Source of the DNA: a virus
Lineage: Duplodnaviria > Caudoviricetes
Reading direction: 5' to 3' (one strand)
Virus record (IMG/VR): IMGVR_UViG_3300048881_000734
Coordinates: 5,116 to 69,115 of that record
Length of the DNA stretch: 64,000 nt
The notes under the pieces are model-generated. The model was not told where the DNA came from. It did no database searches and saw only the letters and a list, made by a program, of their open reading frames with translations. This document shows, in pieces, positions 16,908 through 24,199 of this stretch (position 1 is the first letter of the stretch; every line of letters starts with the position of its first letter). The translations under genes and the position numbers were made by a program.

Positions 16908-17611
16908 ACATTCCCCACAATTATCTTCAAGTGCTCTTCGCCGGCGCCGTAACTTCTAGAATACCACCCATCCTTTCCAGGACCGTAGTCTTTGGTAGGA
17001 TGTTTTCCTACCCACTCCATGTCTCGCTGAATCAGAGCTCTCGCTTTTTCTTCGTCGGTGACAACGGGTACTCCGGCTGACATTGCAATTTCTGCAGGCT
17101 TACCAGAAACTTCAGCAAACGTACCAGGCTGCTGGACGAGTTCAAGCAACCTTGAAATGCTGATTCTCTTGCCAGCTCCCCCGTCATGACCCATGCCACC
17201 AATCTTTAAATTAGATCCGCGCATTTTTCCGAAGACCACAGCATCGGGTGCAGGGTCATCATCCACATCCACCACATCAAAAAATGTGTACTCACCCGGT
17301 AGCATCTCAGCAGACTTCACTTTTAGATTTCCGCCCTCAAGACCAGCGTATGCTGCTTGGACCAGATCAAAAATCTCATCATCAAGGTCAATCTCTGGAG
17401 TATGTACTGCAATCTCTTCTTCAGGAACATCCATCCACTGACCGCTCGTTGGATTGAGGTCGGCAAACTTCTTCTCGCTTATTATCTCTCTTAGAAATCC
17501 CCTGAGTAGTGCTTCATTCACAACCTCTTGTTCTAGCGTATCAAGAATATCAGCGGCCACAGGGACATTTTGCGTATTGACTTGTGTAAAGATTTCCTGT
17601 TTTTTTCTCAT
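16904..17611 (-). CDS. Tagged hypothetical protein
   Basis: NEALLRGFLREIISE near the N-terminus; ATGA overlap with upstream gene suggests start at MRKKQ. Confidence 0.7.
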   Translation of the reverse strand: MRKKQEIFTQVNTQNVPVAADILDTLEQEVVNEALLRGFLREIISEKKFADLNPTSGQWMDVPEEEIAVHTPEIDLDDEIFDLVQAAYAGLEGGNLKVKSAEMLPGEYTFFDVVDVDDDPAPDAVVFGKMRGSNLKIGGMGHDGGAGKRISISRLLELVQQPGTFAEVSGKPAEIAMSAGVPVVTDEEKARALIQRDMEWVGKHPTKDYGPGKDGWYSRSYGAGEEHLKIIVGNV

Positions 17612-17955
17612 AATCCACTCTCTGTCTCGAGATCCCACGGACCCCAGTGGCCGTAATCTAGGATCTTCGTGCGGGCTTCTTCCCACGGATACTCAATGAC
17701 ATTATCGATTCTATCAATCTGCCCGATCGTGTAATAAAGCTGGACCGGCATTGAGATGTCTCTCCCGTTTGATTTGTCGATGACAGTCGAACCATCGAGT
17801 ACCCAAGCATGCCCAAATGGTATTCCAGCGATGGGACCTTGACCCATAACTTCACCATGCACGAGAATAAACTGGCAGTCATCTGGATTTCCAAATCCGC
17901 ATTTGTCCATTATGAACTTGCCTGCTGCTTCATAACAATCGCCGCCTGTACTCAT
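17608..17955 (-). CDS. Papain/transglutaminase-like Cys-His protein (paralog of 10636..11097)
   Basis: GDCYEAA, LVHG, HAWV. Confidence 0.6.
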   Translation of the reverse strand: MSTGGDCYEAAGKFIMDKCGFGNPDDCQFILVHGEVMGQGPIAGIPFGHAWVLDGSTVIDKSNGRDISMPVQLYYTIGQIDRIDNVIEYPWEEARTKILDYGHWGPWDLETESGL

Positions 17956-18476
17956 TAGAAATACTCCGCCCCCTTCGTCTTGATGTCCGGATATTTCTCT
18001 GCCATCTTGTCTTTCAGGTGGCCGATCTCTTTCCGCATCATCTTACCAAAATTAACGTAGTCACCCGGTTGGGGGATCGTTTGGTAGAACTCGTCGATTA
18101 ACTTACTAGCAACACCGCTGCCTTGGGAATCTCCCCGAGTTTTCATGTAATCGATGTACCAAAACGTAGCGCCGCTGGAAACCTCACCCTCGCTATGGTA
18201 GTCTAAAAATCCGATGATGCAAACATCGCTAACCCCAGGGACTATTTCATCAAGAACTGGCTTTTTTAATCGCTTTCCACCCTTTGAGTACTTTCGCCAA
18301 TTTTCCCATTCCTTAAAATAAGCATCACGTTTTTCTGGTGGGTCTGTCACTCCGGTGTCACAATATGCGATGCGCTTTACGTTGCTCGCACGGTTGTAGG
18401 TAAGCGGAGAATCAACTTCTCGAAACTCGACACTCTCTCTTAAAAATTCTTTTAGATACTCTCTGAGAAGGCTCAT
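17955..18476 (-). CDS. Tagged GNAT acetyltransferase
   Basis: MSLLREYLKEFLRE; YIDYMKT..QGSGVASKLI (motif A). Confidence 0.65.
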   Translation of the reverse strand: MSLLREYLKEFLRESVEFREVDSPLTYNRASNVKRIAYCDTGVTDPPEKRDAYFKEWENWRKYSKGGKRLKKPVLDEIVPGVSDVCIIGFLDYHSEGEVSSGATFWYIDYMKTRGDSQGSGVASKLIDEFYQTIPQPGDYVNFGKMMRKEIGHLKDKMAEKYPDIKTKGAEYF

Positions 18477-18775
18477 TAATTCCTCCGTACTGAATAAGCT
18501 TTCCCTGCCGGTGGGGGAGCGGGAGCAAGTTGGTCCATTGTCTTCTTGAGAATGTCCCCAACACTCCATGTCGGGCCCGCGTTAGTGCATTCATACTCTA
18601 CAACTTTTCCCTGGTCGTCAGGAAGCTCCCCCACAGACAAAACAATCCCCTCGCTACCCTGGTGCTTGCAATTATCGTTTATATTGATAATCGCGTCGCC
18701 TTCCATGGGCTCGAAGGTGTGGCTTTGAAAAGTTTCCCTAAGTATACTTCGAATATACTCTCTTAGGATGTTCAT
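18476..18775 (-). CDS. Tagged small SH3-like protein
   Basis: MNILREYIRSILRE; EGDAII..GIVLSV. Confidence 0.7.
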   Translation of the reverse strand: MNILREYIRSILRETFQSHTFEPMEGDAIININDNCKHQGSEGIVLSVGELPDDQGKVVEYECTNAGPTWSVGDILKKTMDQLAPAPPPAGKAYSVRRN

Positions 18776-18779
18776 ACAC

Positions 18780-19526
18780 TTATCCCCGCAATACTGACAT
18801 AAGTATTTTGCGGAGACGGTCTTTTATCCCTTCTTTACAAGTTTGAGGTGCTGCAGCGCTTCCATTTGTGACCTGATATGCTGAAACCTTCACATTTGGG
18901 GAATATTGTTTACATAATTGGGCCACAGCCCTTACATTCCGCTCACTGTCATCGTAGAAAATTAATTCTTCTGGTTGGTGCTGATCTATGTACTGTGCGA
19001 GGACAGAAGCCTTCCCAGCCGGCGTTTCGCCGTCCATATCGCCCACTGTGTGCAACTGATCGTCCCCAATGCCTACTCCATTGTTGTTTAAGAACTCGAG
19101 GATCTGCTGCCGGTTCTGGGGCATTATATTCGTCCCCTGAGCGGGGCTGAACATCTCTTTATTACCCGCTCGAGCTGTCACAACTAAAGCTACAGCCTCA
19201 GGGTCGGCCTGGGCCTCTGCCAACTTTGATAACATCGAGCTAATCCCGGTTGAGAGCTCCATATCAATCGATGCTGTTCCAGAATAATCTATTTCATCCT
19301 CAGCACCCTTAGGGACTGCAAGATCTTCAAATAATGCGAAGTTCGCGGAATCAAGCCACCAGAAATCTTGTTCATTTCTGACGTATTGAATATTGTTGTC
19401 TAATAGAAAGTCTTCAAACGCGGGATCAGGCGATCCATCGGCCAAAAGCCTTCGGACGCCGATGGTAGAAACGGTTTGAGCTAAAGTATCATCGAAATCA
19501 AATGCTATGATTCTCTTAATAGGCAT
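18780..19526 (-). CDS. HAD-family phosphatase
   Basis: FDFDDTL, VTAR, FYDDSERN; C-terminal RLRKILMSVLRG. Confidence 0.8.
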   Translation of the reverse strand: MPIKRIIAFDFDDTLAQTVSTIGVRRLLADGSPDPAFEDFLLDNNIQYVRNEQDFWWLDSANFALFEDLAVPKGAEDEIDYSGTASIDMELSTGISSMLSKLAEAQADPEAVALVVTARAGNKEMFSPAQGTNIMPQNRQQILEFLNNNGVGIGDDQLHTVGDMDGETPAGKASVLAQYIDQHQPEELIFYDDSERNVRAVAQLCKQYSPNVKVSAYQVTNGSAAAPQTCKEGIKDRLRKILMSVLRG

Positions 19527-19531
19527 ATCCT

Positions 19532-19538
19532 TAAATAT
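19532..19538 (-). promoter_or_regulatory. Class B promoter element
   Basis: ATATTTA heading the tagged-gene run. Confidence 0.45.
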
Positions 19539-19568
19539 ATTGTAGAGAAAGACCTATAAATGTACAGC

Positions 19569-20483
19569 TCACCCTTCTGGACGTTCTACAACTCGAATAT
19601 TGATCTGGGGCTCGTGGCCTTCAGGTGTTTTGTCGATAACACCTTCAAAATCGCATTCTTTAGGGAAATAATAAAAAACAAACTCCTTGTCTGGCAAGTG
19701 CATCGCAACCTGAGAGGTTGTCATCATGCCCGTGTCAGGAAGCGTCCGGCGGAGCATGTTATTATTAGACTCTGGCTCTAGATGTTGTTGAGCGATGGCG
19801 GGAGCGATCTCTTCAAACTCACTAACGTCAGCTAATTCAACTTCAGCTTGAGCTTTCCTAATCTTGGAAGACATATAGTCATCTGGCCGTCTTTCTGGTG
19901 AATATCCGGCGCCGACGTGTTCATGACCGTGATTTGTACGTACGTCATAGCCGGTGGTTGGGTCCAACTTATTAATAATTGGAGTATGCTCAGAGGACAT
20001 TTCAATGCTGTATAAAGAAGTAGGGTTCCCAACGAACGTGTGACCCTTAATTCCGCCCATATAGCCAACAAGAGACTTTATAGCTTCATCTATGTCTTGA
20101 AACTGCAGTGCGTTAATCATTCTAGGGCCATCATCTGACGAGACCTTCCCTTTCGTTTTATCTTTGATAGCTTTTTCATCATCTGATATTGAAAGAGCAG
20201 AATTAATAACACCGAGTCCATGAGAATTCATACCCTCGGCATATCCGGTATCGAGATCCTCAAAATAAACCACCTCTGTCCCATCCGGCAGAAGGTCTCT
20301 AACAATCTCAATACGAGCGTGATAATTTCGGTCTCTGGATTTCGCCAAAACATGGCCCCCGTCAGCAGAACCGGCCACGATTATACACTCATCCATCCTT
20401 CGGTAATTGTTCAACCGTGCTAGCACAGCTTCCAATAATCGTATTTCGTTCACGGGGACTCCAGAAAAAATAAGTGAAGACAT
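19569..20483 (-). CDS. Ntn-hydrolase (peptidase C45-like) with propeptide
   Basis: MDE|CIIVAG..LAKSRD, EGMNSHGL, RTNHG; possible GTG start at 20453 with GGAG SD. Confidence 0.7.
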   Translation of the reverse strand: MSSLIFSGVPVNEIRLLEAVLARLNNYRRMDECIIVAGSADGGHVLAKSRDRNYHARIEIVRDLLPDGTEVVYFEDLDTGYAEGMNSHGLGVINSALSISDDEKAIKDKTKGKVSSDDGPRMINALQFQDIDEAIKSLVGYMGGIKGHTFVGNPTSLYSIEMSSEHTPIINKLDPTTGYDVRTNHGHEHVGAGYSPERRPDDYMSSKIRKAQAEVELADVSEFEEIAPAIAQQHLEPESNNNMLRRTLPDTGMMTTSQVAMHLPDKEFVFYYFPKECDFEGVIDKTPEGHEPQINIRVVERPEG

Positions 20484-20486
20484 CTC

Positions 20487-20493
20487 TAAATAT
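20487..20493 (-). promoter_or_regulatory. Class B promoter element
   Basis: ATATTTA. Confidence 0.4.
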
Positions 20494-20547
20494 GTTGTAA
20501 AAATCGTGATGTTGATAAATATAATAAGAAAAACCAAACCTTTTCAT

Positions 20548-20884
20548 GGGGGCGTAAGGGCTTCGACGGGGTAGAACTAAGGGGAGAGTGCAAGCAGGTA
20601 AGATACGACCTAAACTGTTCAAAAACAATAGTTGCAAATAACAACACACACTACGAATACGCCCTCGCGGCATAGTCGGGTGGTCGCCTAAAACCATCTA
20701 TCCAAGATAGGCTTGAGCAGTTGACCCTGCTGACCAATAAAAGGTCACCAGTCCTCACTCGGTCACAGCGGAGGCAAAAAATGCAGTGACTATCCTACTG
20801 ATCGGAGAAATGATCAGACAAGCTTGTGGATGACTCAAACTGAAGCTATTGCGGACGCGGGTTCGACTCCCGCCGCCTCCACCA
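20548..20884 (+). ncRNA. ssrA: tmRNA
   Basis: 5' GGGGGCG pairs with 3' CGCCUCC-A-CCA with G3:U; T arm GCGGGUUCGACUCCCGC; tag ORF 20634..20675 ANNNTHYEYALAA*. Confidence 0.95.
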
Positions 20885-20899
20885 CTTTAGGAATTCAGC

Positions 20900-21301
20900 A
20901 TGAATCAAAATTTACAAAACAAACTATTCGCAAAGTATCCAAAAATCTTTCGGCAAAAAGATCTTTCTATGCAAGAGACTTGCATGTGCTGGGGAATAAC
21001 ATGCGGAGATGGATGGTATGATTTGCTCGATCGATTGTGCAGTCAAATCCAGTCTCATGTAGATCGGAGAAACGAGCCACAGATCGAAGCCACACAAGTA
21101 AAGACAAAATGGGGCGGATTGAGATTCTATACTAACCGGTCGAATGATTATATCGATGGCTTGATTGCTATGGCTGAGGAAATGTCATATAAGATAAAAG
21201 AGGAAACTCCGTTTGAAAAATATCTTGACAAAGCTATCCAAAACCAAGTGGAAGAATACGAAGAAGAAATCGATCTCTACAAAACCTACGGCGGAGATTA
21301 A
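20900..21301 (+). CDS. Conserved phage hypothetical protein
   Basis: CGDGWYDLL..QVKTKWGGLRFY pattern. Confidence 0.75.
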   Translation: MNQNLQNKLFAKYPKIFRQKDLSMQETCMCWGITCGDGWYDLLDRLCSQIQSHVDRRNEPQIEATQVKTKWGGLRFYTNRSNDYIDGLIAMAEEMSYKIKEETPFEKYLDKAIQNQVEEYEEEIDLYKTYGGD

Positions 21302-21376
21302 CACAGCCGTCATCTCCTATACACTTGAATTGGAGCTTGCTCCAACTCATTTCACACACACACAAAGGAGAATAAA

Positions 21377-21592
21377 ATGAGTGATAAAAACAAAAGCGGG
21401 TACCAGCTTCGCGCAGATATGCTGGGAATGGCTACAGGTATTGTAGTAGACAGGACTAATCGTCTTGAACAAAATGAGCATTTTAAAGCAGAAAATGATC
21501 AAGGATACTGTCGAGAGGAAGTAGCACCTTATACTGCTGAGGATGTTATTGCTGAGGCTGAGAAGCTTTACGCATTCGTTCAAAAGAAGTAA
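21377..21592 (+). CDS. Small phage hypothetical protein
   Basis: AGGAG SD; YQLRADML..EDVIAEAEKLYAFV. Confidence 0.75.
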   Translation: MSDKNKSGYQLRADMLGMATGIVVDRTNRLEQNEHFKAENDQGYCREEVAPYTAEDVIAEAEKLYAFVQKK

Positions 21593-21608
21593 ATAAGATA
21601 TCCGCAGG

Positions 21609-21647
21609 GAGGCCCGGGGTTATAGGGGTCTCATTTTTTATTTTTTT
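21609..21647 (+). terminator. Intrinsic terminator
   Basis: GAGGCCC..GGGGTCTC stem followed by T-rich run. Confidence 0.6.
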
Positions 21648-21664
21648 CCTGATCTAGTTAGAAT

Positions 21665-21940
21665 ATGGGCATGAGTAAAGAAGGAAAAACGAAATATCTG
21701 TGCAACATTTATGATGACCGGCCGGAAACGTGTAGAAAATATCCGTGGAATCATGCAAACCAGATATTCCCTGAGTGCATCTTTTATGATAAAGAAAATC
21801 AAAAGCTCAGGACACAGGAAGAGCAATTAACGCTCAACACAGAGAAGGAAATTAGCGACTATTGCGTTGATTGTGGACGATGTTGTTTTTTCGGCCCGGC
21901 AGCATGCAGCATGTTACGTATCGTAAGAACAGATAATTAA
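21665..21940 (+). CDS. YkgJ-like Cys-cluster protein, apparently circularly permuted
   Basis: CNIYDDRPETCRKYP precedes CVDCGRCC. Confidence 0.65.
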   Translation: MGMSKEGKTKYLCNIYDDRPETCRKYPWNHANQIFPECIFYDKENQKLRTQEEQLTLNTEKEISDYCVDCGRCCFFGPAACSMLRIVRTDN

Positions 21941-21951
21941 CCATAAACCGC

Positions 21952-21958
21952 ATATTTA
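21952..21958 (+). promoter_or_regulatory. Class B promoter element
   Basis: ATATTTA upstream of the tubulin-like gene. Confidence 0.45.
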
Positions 21959-21996
21959 ATATAGGAATGTGGGGCCAGATTATCGGAGAATAAACA

Positions 21997-23208
21997 ATGG
22001 CTTCGGGAACCTGGACCCTTAGAGGAATAAAATTCAATGATTACTCAGGAATGTCTCAATCAGATTTGCTTGAAATTCTTGAAACCCTCATCCCAGATGA
22101 GATAATAAAAGAGGAAAAACATATGTCACCAACCAACGGAAACAAAGACGACACATATATCAACGCACCGGATGCAGGCGATGATTTCGATTTTGTCATG
22201 GCTTACGATGATGATCCAGCGGAAGCTGATGAGAGATTATTGCCTGAAAATGTAGCTGCATCAGCTATCTCGTGCGGATTTATTGGCGTCGGCGGAGGTG
22301 GGGGAAAGTTAGCAAAAGCTTTCCTTGATCTTGGGTTCAACAAGACGATTCTTGTTAACACGACAGAGAAGGATCAGCCTGGTGGACTCGATGCATCTCA
22401 CTTCGTGTTGGTGCCTGGAGCTGATGGAGTTGGTAAAGATATTACACTCGGAAAGCAGGTACTTCAAGAAAACAGCGCGTTCGTTGAAGACGCGGTGAGA
22501 ACGCGGTTGGGGCAAATAGACTGGCTATTCGTTTGTGCCGGTGGTGGTGGCGGGACTGGTAGCGCGTGCCATGAGCTGCACGGCTCACTGAGCAGATACC
22601 TTTCCTCGATCGAGTCTTCAGGCAAGGTTGTTTATATTATCACCAAGCCTACAGCACAAGAGATGCTCAACCCCACGATTTCTAAAAATTACAAATCCTT
22701 GATGGAAGACATCAGCGAAACTCCCCACATTTTGATCGATAACGAAAAGCAGTTACAACTGTTGAGAGGTAAGGTAGGAATGATGAATATGTTCCCATCT
22801 GCGAATCGTAACTTTGCAAAGCTCTTGGCTCAAGTTCTTAAACTCGCCGATGAGCATACAGAGATCCAAACTTTCGACACAAAAGATTTAGAAAAATGCT
22901 TAAGCACTGACGGACGAATGGTCATTGGAAGCACTGTCGTTAGAGATGTAACAAGGAGCGATCTCGGGTCGTTGGTCTACCAGGGATGTCTCCGGTCATC
23001 GCCATGTCCCACTCCCACAAGCGGTGGAGCGACGGGTACTCTTCTCCTCATCGTCAATAGCAGCATGGCAACAGATCCTGATGTAAGTCGAAGACTCGAG
23101 TCCGCGTTCTCTTACGTGGGTGGAAGAGCAGCAACGTTATTCTCAGGAGTGTATGTAAAGGAAGGAATTCCGGGATTGATCGCAATCACATTACTCGGCG
23201 GATTGTAA
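21997..23208 (+). CDS. Tubulin/FtsZ-superfamily GTPase (PhuZ/TubZ/CetZ-like)
   Basis: FIGVGGGGGK, VNT, GADGVGKD, AGGGGGTGS signature, TFDxxD T7 loop; second SD-ATG at 22123. Confidence 0.85.
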   Translation: MASGTWTLRGIKFNDYSGMSQSDLLEILETLIPDEIIKEEKHMSPTNGNKDDTYINAPDAGDDFDFVMAYDDDPAEADERLLPENVAASAISCGFIGVGGGGGKLAKAFLDLGFNKTILVNTTEKDQPGGLDASHFVLVPGADGVGKDITLGKQVLQENSAFVEDAVRTRLGQIDWLFVCAGGGGGTGSACHELHGSLSRYLSSIESSGKVVYIITKPTAQEMLNPTISKNYKSLMEDISETPHILIDNEKQLQLLRGKVGMMNMFPSANRNFAKLLAQVLKLADEHTEIQTFDTKDLEKCLSTDGRMVIGSTVVRDVTRSDLGSLVYQGCLRSSPCPTPTSGGATGTLLLIVNSSMATDPDVSRRLESAFSYVGGRAATLFSGVYVKEGIPGLIAITLLGGL

Positions 23209-23209
23209 A

Positions 23210-24199
23210 ATGAGCTTCACTGAAAACAGGCTACTTCAAATAATCAGAGAAGAAGTCCTCCACCACCAAAAGCGAAAGATTAACGAGGCTCTCTTTGGGT
23301 TAATCGTAGAGGGAGTCTATGATCCGGGTATTTTGAAAGCCGTCTTTATGGCGGGTGGACCTGGTAGTGGAAAGTCTTACACTGCGAAAGATATTTTCGG
23401 TGGGATTAACAAAGTCGAAGACAAAGAAGCGATGCAAGCGCTTATCGACAACGACATAGAAGTAACTGAAACAATTCTAAAAGACGCAACTAATTCCATG
23501 AGCACAGAGTATGGATTACGTCTCGTAAATTCTGACCCTGCCTTTGAAAAATTCTTAAGAGATATGGGAATCGAGCCGAGTGAGCTAGCTGGTATGAGTG
23601 ATGAAGAATTTGAAGCGCTCACAGAGCCTGATGACTCACCCCGAGGCAGAGCAAAGACGATGAAAGGGCATCAACAGTCGCAATACATGAAGGGTCGGAT
23701 TGGACTTATTGTTGATGGAACTGGTGATGACTATCCCAAGATGGCAGCAAAAAAAGCTCAGGTTGAAGCGATCGGTTACGACACTGCGATGATCTTTGTT
23801 AACACATCTCTTGAAGTTGCCCTTGACCGAAACAGAAAACGTGATCGTGTCTTAAAAGATGAGCTGGTAGAAGAAATCTGGACAAAAGTCCAGGCAAACT
23901 TGGACCAATTCCAGAATTTATTTGGGAGCGACTTTATAGTTGTCAACAACACCAGCTACAGTACCGATGAAGCAAAAGTAGCGGCGATGGACGCTGCGCG
24001 GGCCTTTGTTGAATCGCCTATCGAAAATCCTATCGGAAGAAAATGGGTCGAATCTGAACTAGCCTGGAAAGAATTTGAACGCGGTCCCGAAGATGAGCAA
24101 CGGAAAGCGCCGTTTCAGAGAGAACGGACTCTTGGTGATCCTGACGATCCTGACAGGGAAGAAAAGTCAGGTACCGGCAGTCGGCGACGCAACGCTTGA
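23210..24199 (+). CDS. P-loop kinase (zeta-toxin/Pnkp kinase-like) with tag-like N-terminus
   Basis: MAGGPGSGKS, IVDGTG, FVNTSLEVALDRNRKR; N-terminal RLLQIIREEV. Confidence 0.75.
   Translation: MSFTENRLLQIIREEVLHHQKRKINEALFGLIVEGVYDPGILKAVFMAGGPGSGKSYTAKDIFGGINKVEDKEAMQALIDNDIEVTETILKDATNSMSTEYGLRLVNSDPAFEKFLRDMGIEPSELAGMSDEEFEALTEPDDSPRGRAKTMKGHQQSQYMKGRIGLIVDGTGDDYPKMAAKKAQVEAIGYDTAMIFVNTSLEVALDRNRKRDRVLKDELVEEIWTKVQANLDQFQNLFGSDFIVVNNTSYSTDEAKVAAMDAARAFVESPIENPIGRKWVESELAWKEFERGPEDEQRKAPFQRERTLGDPDDPDREEKSGTGSRRRNA

Noticed and set aside
21331-21346. Perfect palindrome TTGGAGC-TT-GCTCCAA
   Set aside because: Single short leader hairpin with no second copy found; too little to call an operator or RNA element.
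21997-23208. Bacterial cell-division FtsZ
   Set aside because: No division-cluster neighbours, no C-terminal core peptide and divergent loops; better treated as a phage tubulin. No nuclear-shell gene was recognisable either.
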